Shown here in pieces: positions 1 to 8,830 of a stretch of DNA of 64,000 nt; the stretch's first letter is position 1; the number at the start of each line of letters is the position of its first letter. Under the pieces are notes generated by a model. It was not told the origin of the DNA. It saw only the letters and a program-made list of their open reading frames with translations, and did not search any database. The stretch comes from a virus (taxonomy: Duplodnaviria > Heunggongvirae > Uroviricota > Caudoviricetes): the IMG/VR virus record IMGVR_UViG_2917886563_000007. One strand, given 5' to 3'. A program made the translations under genes and the position numbers.

Positions 1-1254
1 ATGCTGGAACAAATGGGCATTGCCGCGAAGCAAGCCTCGTATAAATTAGCACAACTCTCCAGCCGCGAAAAAAATCGCGTGCTGGAAAAAATCGCCGATG
101 AACTGGAAGCACAAAGCGAAATCATTCTCAACGCTAACGCGCAGGATGTTGCTGACGCGCGTGCCAACGGCCTTAGCGAAGCGATGCTTGACCGTCTGGC
201 ACTGACGCCCGCACGGCTGAAAGGCATTGCCGATGATGTGCGCCAGGTGTGTAACCTCGCCGATCCGGTGGGGCAGGTAATCGATGGCGGCATGCTGGAC
301 AGCGGCCTGCGTCTGGAGCGTCGTCGCGTGCCGCTGGGGGTGATTGGCGTGATTTATGAAGCGCGCCCGAACGTGACGGTCGATGTTGCTTCGCTGTGCC
401 TGAAAACGGGTAACGCGGTGATCCTGCGTGGCGGCAAAGAAACCTGCCGCACTAACGCTGCAACGGTGGCGGTGATTCAGGACGCCCTGAAATCCTGCGG
501 TTTACCGGCAGGTGCAGTACAGGCAATTGATAATCCTGACCGCGCGTTGGTCAGTGAAATGCTGCGTATGGATAAATACATCGACATGCTGATCCCGCGC
601 GGCGGCGCTGGTCTGCATAAGCTATGCCGCGAACAGTCGACAATCCCGGTGATCACAGGCGGTATAGGCGTATGCCATATTTACGTTGATGAAAGTGCAG
701 AGATCGCTGAAGCCCTGAAAGTAATCGTCAACGCGAAAACTCAGCGTCCGAGCACATGTAATACGGTAGAAACGTTGCTGGTGAATAAAAACATCGCCGA
801 TAGCTTCCTGCCCGCATTAAGCAAACAAATGGCGGAAAGCAGCGTGACATTACACGCAGATGCTGCCGCAATGGCACAGTTGCAGCCAGGCCCTGCGAAG
901 GTGGTTGCTGTTAAAGCCGAAGAGTATGACGATGAGTTTCTGTCATTAGATTTGAACGTTAAAATCGTCAGCGATCTGGACGACGCCATTGCCCATATTC
1001 GCGAGCATGGCACGCAACACTCCGATGCGATCCTGACCCGCGATATGCGCAACGCCCAGCGTTTTGTTAACGAAGTGGATTCCTCCGCTGTTTACGTTAA
1101 CGCCTCTACGCGTTTTACCGACGGCGGCCAGTTTGGTCTGGGCGCGGAAGTCGCGGTAAGCACGCAAAAACTGCACGCGCGCGGCCCAATGGGGCTGGAA
1201 GCACTGACCACCTACAAGTGGATCGGCATTGGTGATTACACCATTCGTGCGTAA
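1..1254 (+). CDS. proA: gamma-glutamyl phosphate reductase
   Basis: 417-aa ORF whose translation ([20 protein letters not shown]...) matches E. coli ProA as recalled; full length, start at window position 1. Confidence 0.95.
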   Translation: MLEQMGIAAKQASYKLAQLSSREKNRVLEKIADELEAQSEIILNANAQDVADARANGLSEAMLDRLALTPARLKGIADDVRQVCNLADPVGQVIDGGMLDSGLRLERRRVPLGVIGVIYEARPNVTVDVASLCLKTGNAVILRGGKETCRTNAATVAVIQDALKSCGLPAGAVQAIDNPDRALVSEMLRMDKYIDMLIPRGGAGLHKLCREQSTIPVITGGIGVCHIYVDESAEIAEALKVIVNAKTQRPSTCNTVETLLVNKNIADSFLPALSKQMAESSVTLHADAAAMAQLQPGPAKVVAVKAEEYDDEFLSLDLNVKIVSDLDDAIAHIREHGTQHSDAILTRDMRNAQRFVNEVDSSAVYVNASTRFTDGGQFGLGAEVAVSTQKLHARGPMGLEALTTYKWIGIGDYTIRA

Positions 1255-1368
1255 ATAAAATCGGGTGATGCAAAAGTAGCCATTTGATTCACAAGGCCAT
1301 TGACGCATCGCCCGGTTAGTTTTAACCTTGTCCACCGTGATTCACGTTCGTGAACATGTCCTTTCAGG

Positions 1369-1444
1369 GCCGATATAGCTCAGTTGGTAGAGCAGCGCAT
1401 TCGTAATGCGAAGGTCGTAGGTTCGACTCCTATTATCGGCACCA
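1369..1444 (+). tRNA. thrW: tRNA-Thr (thrW-like), integration hotspot
   Basis: 76-nt sequence GCCGATATAGCTCAGTTGGTAGAGCAGCGCATTCGTAATGCGAAGGTCGTAGGTTCGACTCCTATTATCGGCACCA with cloverleaf-compatible arms, CGU anticodon loop region, CCA end. Confidence 0.9.
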
Positions 1445-1649
1445 TTAAATCAATTAGTTACGATTAACACCCCTCTTTGTCTGCATCATGAATTTTTTCG
1501 TGTAACTGCATGTGTAAGTAATTTTCGTAAACGTACATCAACAATAGAACATCCGTATATCTGATTGGTTCAGTCTTGTTGATTTTTTCATCTTGATGAA
1601 ACGATGTTCCAGATATTGATGTCGGACATTTTTAGTGATATGCACGAAA

Positions 1650-1696
1650 TGTTAAGCTGCTATTCTTGCTTAGGCAGCAAGAATAGCAGCTTAACA
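1650..1696 (-). terminator. 21-bp-stem perfect inverted repeat hairpin downstream of the 1767..3032 gene
   Basis: tgttaagctgctattcttgc / gcaagaatagcagcttaaca arms are exact reverse complements with a 5-7 nt loop; minus-strand 3' flank has only a short U run. Confidence 0.4.
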
Positions 1697-1766
1697 GGCC
1701 TATACAGGAGGCGGTTTGGAAACGGAAAATCTAGCACATTTAGGGTGTTATTTAACCAATCCTACA

Positions 1767-3032
1767 TCAGAAATCCTTTTTCAATACCAACACACAGTAG
1801 TAAAGCGTTGTCTTGATCAGATGATTCAAGTTGTGAACTTCTCTAAATAAAAGCAGTGACTTACGAATGAATTCAATGAACGTAATTTCTTGTGCTTTCT
1901 CTCTATTCATCCCTTCTTTGAAAGGGTAATACGTGATGACCTGAGTAGACTCCTTGTACTCATATTTGTAATGGGCTATCCCGTTTCTTAGTCGATTATC
2001 AATTGCCGTTTCATCAATCTTGTAGAAGCATTTATCAATAAACTGGAGTTTGGTTCCCAGGTCGGCATCGGCAAAAGCATTCAATGAAACAGCCTCCCGG
2101 CGCGGCTCATTCCTTCTCGTCACTTTCAAAGAGGGTTCAAATTCATTGTGATCACCGCGATGCAGAAGATTGTTAAGCCCCGCCAATAAGATCAACTGCC
2201 TAGAAAACACTTCTGCTAAGTCTTTATAAAAGTTGTTACAGGTATCAAAATCTGTTGTTGAAATCCTTGCAGCAACCGGGTTGTACTCCCCCTCTTTAAC
2301 GTAGTCATAAAAGAACGTCGCGCGAAATGGCAGATCTAACTCGATGATTTTAGGGTAAAGACTAAGGCAGTCTTGATGCAGATTTTGGAGGAAATTATTT
2401 GCCAGAATCTCATCAATATAAGCGACAGTTTTGTCATGATGATGCGCGTGAAGCCATTGATAAAGACCAGGTAGTTCATTAGAAAGCTCTTCGTTTTGCT
2501 CATGAATAGTAAAAGGGGATGACATGATTGAAGTAGCTGAGTACAACGCGGCCAATACGTCTTGTTTTTTATGAGAACGCAATGTAACCCCGGGTATCTT
2601 GTTGCAGATCCCATCTAACTTATCGATGTCGCCACGTTTGTACTGGGTAATAATGCGCTGCAAGTCTCTTTGCATCGGAAGAAGGCGATTCAATACCTCA
2701 AGGCGTTGAGCAAGATGATAATATGCGTCTTCACCAAGTTCACTGACAACCCGTATGAATGTCGTTTTCCCCATTTCGTACTTGCCAAAGTAGGCAGGGA
2801 AATCTAGATGCAAATCGACAAATGGGTTTTCCCCTTTAAATGGCCCATCAAAATCAACAATGTCCTCTGCCCCTTTTAACGTTCCATCCGGATGGCCAAT
2901 AATGAAAGAAATACATTCCTCACATACCGGGCAAGCAAACTGAAATGGTTGTACTTCTCTGTTGGACATGCCAATCCTGCAATCGATCAATGTACCGCAG
3001 GTATCGCATTTGAAGCATTTGCAGATGTTCAT
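1767..3032 (-). CDS. hypothetical protein with N-terminal Cys-rich zinc ribbon and C-terminal R-x4-H (HEPN-like, Abi-like) motif
   Basis: 421-aa ORF; N-terminus CKCFKCDTCGTLIDC...CPVCEEC; near C-terminus RLRNGIAHYKYEY resembles the Rx4-6H HEPN RNase motif of AbiD/AbiF-like proteins; low-GC codon usage relative to proA. Confidence 0.5.
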   Translation of the reverse strand: MNICKCFKCDTCGTLIDCRIGMSNREVQPFQFACPVCEECISFIIGHPDGTLKGAEDIVDFDGPFKGENPFVDLHLDFPAYFGKYEMGKTTFIRVVSELGEDAYYHLAQRLEVLNRLLPMQRDLQRIITQYKRGDIDKLDGICNKIPGVTLRSHKKQDVLAALYSATSIMSSPFTIHEQNEELSNELPGLYQWLHAHHHDKTVAYIDEILANNFLQNLHQDCLSLYPKIIELDLPFRATFFYDYVKEGEYNPVAARISTTDFDTCNNFYKDLAEVFSRQLILLAGLNNLLHRGDHNEFEPSLKVTRRNEPRREAVSLNAFADADLGTKLQFIDKCFYKIDETAIDNRLRNGIAHYKYEYKESTQVITYYPFKEGMNREKAQEITFIEFIRKSLLLFREVHNLNHLIKTTLYYCVLVLKKDF

Positions 3033-3489
3033 CCTTCCTCACCTTCATCTTTCTGATTAGGCTGTAATTCTACCTTACTGCAACTATGCTTTCACGACGT
3101 GAGGCCTGACTTACCTAGGGGCGGTTTAGAGATCGAGAATTATTGTACGGTATGCCCGTTTTTGAACGGGTGGTGTTATCGCAATAGGGTGTACTCCCCC
3201 GCTATATGGCATTTGGAGTGGCTTTTCCCTAACCGGATAACCTAAACGCGATGCTGCCAAGACGATAATTTAAAACCGATAGCCACTGGCGCTAAATCAA
3301 TCCCTTATGGGCTGGTGTGGTTAAATAACGAGCTAAACATACAAGATTTTCCGTTTCCCAAACTGATCCCAATACATGTCGTTTTGTTGATTGTCGCTCT
3401 ATATGGCTGATTTTAAGATAGCCCTTCCCTGTCTACTTCCATGTGTGGTGTAATCCCTTGCGAGATTAAGGTTTCTTTCGAGAGATAGC

Positions 3490-4149
3490 ATGGAATTATT
3501 CGAAAATTATTTGTCAGCGTTACCTAAAAAAAAGCGATTGAGTGAAGTCAAGTTGACTATCCTGAAGAGATTATGGGGCTCGGATGATATTGATTTTCCT
3601 AAACCTTGGGTCTCATCAATAGAACTACTGGAACTGACAGGGCAAAAGTACTTCGATAGACGAACAAGAGAATTGCGAGATGAACTAGGCTGTGATCTCG
3701 AAAGCTCGTACATTGCGGAGTTCTCGGGGCATGCTTGGCGGCTGAAATCAAGTATGATTGCCCCACCAATGGAAAGGGAATACCTGACAGAATCACAACG
3801 ATCCGGTTTATTTTCTAACCACAGCAATACATGTGCAACATGTGGTAAAACTGTTGCAGGTGGGGTCAGGGGGCTACAAGCGGATCACAAAATACCTTTG
3901 TCACGTGGTGGTGGAAATGAGTTAACCAATTGGCAAGCTCTTTGCCACAATTGCAACGTAGGTAAGAGAAGAGCATGTGAGGGGTGTACTGATGATTGTT
4001 ACACATGCTCATGGGCATTCCCTGAAAAGTTCGGGATTACTACAATGCTCCATCTGCCAGAAGCTGCTTTAAGAAAAGCTCAGCAGCTAGCCGATGCAAA
4101 TGGGATTTCATTAGACGAAATCGTTGCCTACGCAATACGCAAGCTCTGA
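3490..4149 (+). CDS. HNH endonuclease-domain protein (candidate restriction endonuclease)
   Basis: 219-aa ORF; C-terminal HNH motif ...CATCGK...ADHKIPLSRGGGNELTNWQALCHNCNVGK...; convergent with a C5 methyltransferase gene. Confidence 0.6.
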   Translation: MELFENYLSALPKKKRLSEVKLTILKRLWGSDDIDFPKPWVSSIELLELTGQKYFDRRTRELRDELGCDLESSYIAEFSGHAWRLKSSMIAPPMEREYLTESQRSGLFSNHSNTCATCGKTVAGGVRGLQADHKIPLSRGGGNELTNWQALCHNCNVGKRRACEGCTDDCYTCSWAFPEKFGITTMLHLPEAALRKAQQLADANGISLDEIVAYAIRKL

Positions 4150-4215
4150 ATATCATTTGACTCGAGTGGTAACGCCAACTGTTGTTTTTTCATGATGTCA
4201 ACAGCTTCGAGTGCT

Positions 4216-5199
4216 TTACGGATTTGCCTTCCTGTTGCCTCGGCAACAGGGGGGGGGGAAAGCGTTACCGACTTGACGATAAGCAGCTGTTTTTTTACCA
4301 GAGAATTTCCACCAGTCGGGGAAACCTTGGATTCGTGCAGCCATTCTTACAGTCAAACGAGGCATATTTTCAAAACCAGCCCGAACCTTTCCGTCTCTTC
4401 CAACATACCCGATAAACCCCTTTTCAGGGCCATTATCCGCTATGGAATGTCCATTGACTCCAAGCGCTTGCCAGGATCTTTTGGCTCTTGTCGGGCCAAG
4501 ATCTGGCCCCCCATGCTTATGGGAACCGCCAACAAGTGTAGGAGCTATATTATCTGCTGCCTTTCTCCAGGCTTCAGCTCCTTCCCAACCTCCCATTGAC
4601 ATTAAGTCAAAGAGGGCATCACCCACAGTCGGCGGTATCAACGTTTCACTCGGCCAATGAAAATGAGCTGCATATTCACCACGCAATGCGACTAAAAGAA
4701 CACGTGGGCGAAGCTGAGGAACTCCGTAATCAGAAGCATTATGAAGTTTCCAAAAGGTCTTATAACCCATTGCAGAGAAAGCATGATCTAGTTCTTGCCG
4801 ATATTGTTTAAACTTTGGGTCTAACAAACCTGAAACATTTTCAATCATTACTGCTTTTGGCTTAATAGTGTTCACAATTTTGAGCGCTGTCGGAAACAAA
4901 TCACGTTCATCATCTTTGCCAAGTTGCTTCCCTGCTTTTGAGAATGGTGGGCAGGGCACTCCCCCTGCAACCAAGTCAACATCAGAAAAATTATATGCAG
5001 TGTGTTCAGCAAAATGCTTAACGCAACCCTCTATGATATCTCCCCAACCTAAAGAATGGAGGTTATTGTTGAGGCGAAGAGTTTCGCAGGCTGCTGGATC
5101 AATCTCGACGAGTGCGCGGTGAGCGAAGCCAGCGTTATGTAACCCTAGAGCTTGACCTCCTGCCCCTGCACAAATCTCTACAGATGTATATTGTAACAT
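4216..5199 (-). CDS. DNA (cytosine-5)-methyltransferase, C-terminal tail affected by poly-C frameshift
   Basis: 327-aa ORF with C5-MTase motifs: EICAGAGG (motif I), GGVPCPPFSKAG (PC motif IV), MIENV (ENV motif VI), GNAF near the C-terminus; run of 10 C on coding strand right after GNAF PPP. Confidence 0.8.
   Translation of the reverse strand: MLQYTSVEICAGAGGQALGLHNAGFAHRALVEIDPAACETLRLNNNLHSLGWGDIIEGCVKHFAEHTAYNFSDVDLVAGGVPCPPFSKAGKQLGKDDERDLFPTALKIVNTIKPKAVMIENVSGLLDPKFKQYRQELDHAFSAMGYKTFWKLHNASDYGVPQLRPRVLLVALRGEYAAHFHWPSETLIPPTVGDALFDLMSMGGWEGAEAWRKAADNIAPTLVGGSHKHGGPDLGPTRAKRSWQALGVNGHSIADNGPEKGFIGYVGRDGKVRAGFENMPRLTVRMAARIQGFPDWWKFSGKKTAAYRQVGNAFPPPCCRGNRKANP
4249..4258. repeat. homopolymeric G10 (C10 on coding strand) tract inside the methyltransferase 3' end
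   Basis: Counted directly: ...cggcaacaGGGGGGGGGGaaagcg...; a 9-nt tract would give the tail PPPVAEATGRQIRKALEAV..., which looks like a natural motif X tail. Confidence 0.9.
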
Positions 5200-5598
5200 G
5201 CCATTAAACCTGTATATAAAAACAGTTGTATATTTATCTGATCAGAGACCATTACGCAACAAATTGTACAAAACAAGCAGTATCGTCGCCATTGAACCGG
5301 TCAGCTTAGTTACTTGATTACTGTATGACAAGGCAATCTACTACTTTGTTTTGGAATCCTCGATTTATCAGAGGACTAAAATTCATTAGTACTATGGGCA
5401 TCATCTGGATCAGATAAGCATTGTCTAATGCTGGTTGAGTAAAATGCCTCAACTGAGCACGAAAAAAACTACTATCTGTTTACATGATGTTCTGTCCGTA
5501 TGATGTATTGCGTCCACTGTAAGTAGCGGACGCATTATGCAAGGAGTAAATAAAGAAGAAAGATTAGTGATGAAGATTGGGAATGCTGCTCGTAGAAT

Positions 5599-5940
5599 TC
5601 AGCCTCCTAGGTCACTTTGGCTTCGTCGTAACAAGCCAGTTGCCTGTCGTGCTCGCAGGATATCTACCGCTCGAAGATAGGGTGATTGTTCCCGACAGTA
5701 GAACCCTCTGCGATCGATACGAACCAGTTCGTACTTATCTACCAAGAAGTTGACTGCATCGGCCAGGGTAATTCCGGCATCAATATGTTCCTTAATAACT
5801 GTTTTATCACTGAACGGCGTGTCGTTCAGTGTCAGGCCATAGTGCTGTTCCAGCAGGCGTGTCAGTAGCATTTGCCAGACAGCTACGGGCGACAGACAGG
5901 GCTTCGCCGCCCGCGAAATTGTAGCAGGTAGAGTTTTCAT
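5599..5940 (-). CDS. CbtA/YeeV/YkfI-family toxin
   Basis: 113-aa ORF resembling the YeeV/YkfI toxin family (…[15 protein letters not shown]…[14 protein letters not shown]…[11 protein letters not shown]…). Confidence 0.75.
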   Translation of the reverse strand: MKTLPATISRAAKPCLSPVAVWQMLLTRLLEQHYGLTLNDTPFSDKTVIKEHIDAGITLADAVNFLVDKYELVRIDRRGFYCREQSPYLRAVDILRARQATGLLRRSQSDLGG

Positions 5941-5959
5941 GCTTGCTCTCGTGAATTAG

Positions 5960-6277
5960 TTAGCGTTGAGTGGGATAAACAGCGATGTATGCGTAGCCGC
6001 AACTACCAAGGGTATCGGCTTCGCAGGTGAAACCATTGTGGTACAGGTTGACGCAGTGGGCATGTCGGGGATTCAGTTCACCGGTGATCAGCATCAATTC
6101 CATCTGGCTGATAAAGTGCGGGAAAGTTTCATCCAGTTTCCGGCATTCGGCGTCACTGAACTTACCGATGATGCTGGCCCGGTCAGCCAGGTAATGCAGC
6201 CGGTTCCCCTCCTGCACAAGGCGGGCTCCCAGGCGCGGCGTGATATCCCGCTGCAGGCCCCATGTGGTGTTGCTCAT
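5960..6277 (-). CDS. CbeA/YeeU/YafW-family antitoxin
   Basis: 105-aa ORF directly upstream of the toxin; …CFGARLVQEGNRLHYLADRA…ELMLITGELNPRH… resembles YeeU-type antitoxins. Confidence 0.75.
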   Translation of the reverse strand: MSNTTWGLQRDITPRLGARLVQEGNRLHYLADRASIIGKFSDAECRKLDETFPHFISQMELMLITGELNPRHAHCVNLYHNGFTCEADTLGSCGYAYIAVYPTQR

Positions 6278-6295
6278 TTATAACCTCTTTTATTG

Positions 6296-6529
6296 TCAGT
6301 TCAGGGTGATACTCATCAGGCAGGCATACGGTCCGTTGCGGTCCTGGCGGCGTTGGGCGTATACCGCCAGCACACCGGGAATGTCAGGAACCACCTGACC
6401 GGTGTAATGACAGACGCTACCGTGCCACTGATATTTTCCGGTGCAGTAGCGAAAGATTCGGGACTCAGGATGCTGGCGGTATATCGTCATTGCCCGGCGT
6501 TTACTGATAATTTTCATGTAATACCTCAC
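6296..6529 (-). CDS. YeeT/YkfH-like DUF987 protein
   Basis: 77-aa ORF (…MKIISKRRAMTIYRQHPESRIFRYCTGKYQWHG…) resembling YeeT family; conserved position between RadC-like and antitoxin genes. Confidence 0.65.
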   Translation of the reverse strand: MRYYMKIISKRRAMTIYRQHPESRIFRYCTGKYQWHGSVCHYTGQVVPDIPGVLAVYAQRRQDRNGPYACLMSITLN

Positions 6530-7002
6530 AGCAGACCGTGTCCTGCGAACGAATAGATTTGCCTGCCACCAACAATCAGATGGTCAGGGACACGGATATC
6601 CACCAGTTGAAGTACCTGAGTCAGTCGCTGCGTGAGGGCTTTGTCAGCCTGGCTGGGCGTCGTCTCGCCGGAAGGATGGTTATGCGCCAGTATCACCGCC
6701 GCCGCATTGAAGTGCAGTGCACGTTTGACCACTTCCCGGGGATGAACCTCGGTGCGGTTAATCGTGCCACTAAAGAGCGTCTCATGGGCGATAAGCTGGT
6801 TCTGATTATCCAGATACAGCACCCGGAACTCTTCCCGCTCAAGTGCGGCCATATGCAGTCGCAACCACTCCCGAACGGCGTGAGTGGAGGTGAAGGCTAC
6901 CCCGGGCTCATGCAGATGCCGGTCCAGAATCCTGAGCGCCCGCTGAATGAGACGCCGGTCCTGTGGCGTCATCTCGCCGGGTAAAAAGGAGAGCTGTTTC
7001 AT
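6526..7002 (-). CDS. RadC-like JAB/MPN domain protein (YeeS/YkfG family)
   Basis: 158-aa ORF with HNHPSG…T-P-S-x-AD motif typical of RadC-like JAB domain. Confidence 0.8.
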   Translation of the reverse strand: MKQLSFLPGEMTPQDRRLIQRALRILDRHLHEPGVAFTSTHAVREWLRLHMAALEREEFRVLYLDNQNQLIAHETLFSGTINRTEVHPREVVKRALHFNAAAVILAHNHPSGETTPSQADKALTQRLTQVLQLVDIRVPDHLIVGGRQIYSFAGHGLL

Positions 7003-7017
7003 CCGTTGTTCCTCCGT

Positions 7018-7476
7018 TCAGTCGATGATACGCAGAATGGAGTGAGCTTCAGGATGCTGCAGGGCATAGTCCCGCAAGCGATAATAGTGTGCGGTCATTG
7101 CGTCACATTCTGTACGACAGGCGTGATGGCTGTATTCAATCAGGCAGACCGCGATACCTGCGGCTTCCACACTCATTTCCGCACCATTACCGTTCATGCT
7201 GTTGAACAGATGCCATTTATCACCACCGTCAGCATCAGGGGCCATAAACGCACCGCCATTGCTGAGCGTGTAAAAGGACCAGATACCACCGCTGTACTCA
7301 TCACAGAAGCGCTCCATCCAGCCGAAAATACGGGGTTCCAGCGTTATCCACTGCGGAATAGCGCCAAAATACAGCGGCCAGAAATCGAGGCGCTGTTCGT
7401 CAGGTACTGGTGTTGCAGTGAGGTCAAATTGAGGTTCATTAGCGGACATCAATTCGCGTTTAGTTTGTGTCGTCAT
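7018..7476 (-). CDS. antirestriction protein (KlcA/ArdB-like, YfjX/YafX family)
   Basis: 152-aa ORF; …DEQRLDFWPLYFGAIPQWITLEPRIFGWM…YRLRDYALQHPE… resembles E. coli YfjX/YafX. Confidence 0.75.
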   Translation of the reverse strand: MTTQTKRELMSANEPQFDLTATPVPDEQRLDFWPLYFGAIPQWITLEPRIFGWMERFCDEYSGGIWSFYTLSNGGAFMAPDADGGDKWHLFNSMNGNGAEMSVEAAGIAVCLIEYSHHACRTECDAMTAHYYRLRDYALQHPEAHSILRIID

Positions 7477-7561
7477 GGATATTCTCCGTCAATAAAAACG
7501 CCAGCGACGATGGCTGGCGTATGGGAAATAAAGGGCATGCAGGGATGATGAATGGGTGTGG

Positions 7562-7798
7562 TCAGGAGGAGGATGCTCTGAGGATGCCTGACTTGCGGAT
7601 ATAACGGTTAAGCCCTTCACCGGCATCAGGTTCAAAGCACCACGCCCGCCAGACCATTCGACCTTCAGAGTCTCGAACCACCAGGCGGAAGTGGCTGCAC
7701 TGGTCATCTTCAATAGCGATATTTTTATACCGGCAGGTAACCGCTTCAGCCTGCTGTCGGGTGAACGGTCCCGGTGGCAACATATGAGATTCAGACAT
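7562..7798 (-). CDS. DUF905 protein (YkfF/YfjZ-like)
   Basis: 78-aa ORF …[15 protein letters not shown]…EDDQ…HFRLV…W…FEPDAG… matching the YkfF family pattern. Confidence 0.7.
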   Translation of the reverse strand: MSESHMLPPGPFTRQQAEAVTCRYKNIAIEDDQCSHFRLVVRDSEGRMVWRAWCFEPDAGEGLNRYIRKSGILRASSS

Positions 7799-7875
7799 TC
7801 GGTGTACCTTAAAAGCAAAAGCCCCTGACGCAGACGCGTCAGGGGCTTTGGGAGTATGCAGGTGTCGGGTGATTG

Positions 7876-8286
7876 TCAGTAACCGGTTTGTACCTTATAC
7901 AGCCGCAGGGTTTTACTGCCCCGGACAATTTTCACATACAGGGCATTATCTTTCGTGCCTCGCACAAAACCGGCCTGCACATCGCCCTTACAGTCACCAC
8001 CATCGTAAGGAATGTTGACGCCGGTCTGACGCACCAGATCAATAATCCCGAAGCTTAAGTCCTCACAGGCCGGGCCCGGCAGGTCCTGAATCAGGGCAAA
8101 TTTATGGTCGTCGCTGACACCGGTCAGTGAGCACATGGAGGTGTTGATGTCGTTTCCCTGGCACCAGTACTCCTGGCCGGGATTGTCTTTATCCATCAGG
8201 CTTGCCGGAAGTTGAGCGGCACCGGCACTGAATGCGGCAAGTGACAGAATGAGAGCGGGTACAGCAGAGGTCATTATTTTCAGCAT
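7876..8286 (-). CDS. secreted hypothetical protein (signal peptide, 4 Cys)
   Basis: 136-aa ORF with N-terminal hydrophobic signal sequence ending AAQ. Confidence 0.5.
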   Translation of the reverse strand: MLKIMTSAVPALILSLAAFSAGAAQLPASLMDKDNPGQEYWCQGNDINTSMCSLTGVSDDHKFALIQDLPGPACEDLSFGIIDLVRQTGVNIPYDGGDCKGDVQAGFVRGTKDNALYVKIVRGSKTLRLYKVQTGY

Positions 8287-8352
8287 GGTTTTCTTCCTGA
8301 ATTAATCCAGCCCGCTGTCGGGCAAAATGAGGGAGGTAGGTATCGGGTGTTA

Positions 8353-8790
8353 TCAGAAGCGCCGGTAGCGAAACAGCTCTTTGCCCTGGTACAACGCCAC
8401 CAGGTCGTCATATTCCGGCTTCTTCTGGTTGGGCATAAAGGTCACTACTGTGCCCGGACGGCACAGGTCTTTTACGGTGAGACCGAACTTCTTGTCCGGA
8501 GTAATGGTGAATCCCTTCGACACATCGTTGCGCATGATAGTTATCCAGCCCCACAGGCCGCCTTCGCAGTCTTTAAAAGGTGCTGAACGCACCGTGACCA
8601 TCCCGCCCTGACGGTCAACAGACATGGCTTCGCATTTTCCGGTAACCTGACGATGCGCATCACACCAGAAAATATTCCCGTTGTTGTCATTGACGACAGC
8701 AGGTAGCGTCCGGTTATAGGGCTGGGCCTGAGCCCCTGCACAAAGCAGAAGGCTGCCGGTAATGCCCAGTATTTTAATCAGTGTTTTCAT
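8353..8790 (-). CDS. secreted hypothetical protein (signal peptide, Cys-containing), possible distant paralog of upstream gene
   Basis: 145-aa ORF with signal peptide MKTLIKILGITGSLLLCAGAQA; similar W-C…C…C spacing to neighbour. Confidence 0.5.
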   Translation of the reverse strand: MKTLIKILGITGSLLLCAGAQAQPYNRTLPAVVNDNNGNIFWCDAHRQVTGKCEAMSVDRQGGMVTVRSAPFKDCEGGLWGWITIMRNDVSKGFTITPDKKFGLTVKDLCRPGTVVTFMPNQKKPEYDDLVALYQGKELFRYRRF

Positions 8791-8830
8791 TACGTTGGTC
8801 CTTAACAGGGAAGTATCAGGTAGCGGTGAT

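Noticed and set aside
1604-1816. 70-aa plus-strand ORF overlapping the palindrome downstream of thrW
   Set aside because: Spans a perfect hairpin and the 3' end of the convergent 421-aa gene; no RBS; likely non-coding.
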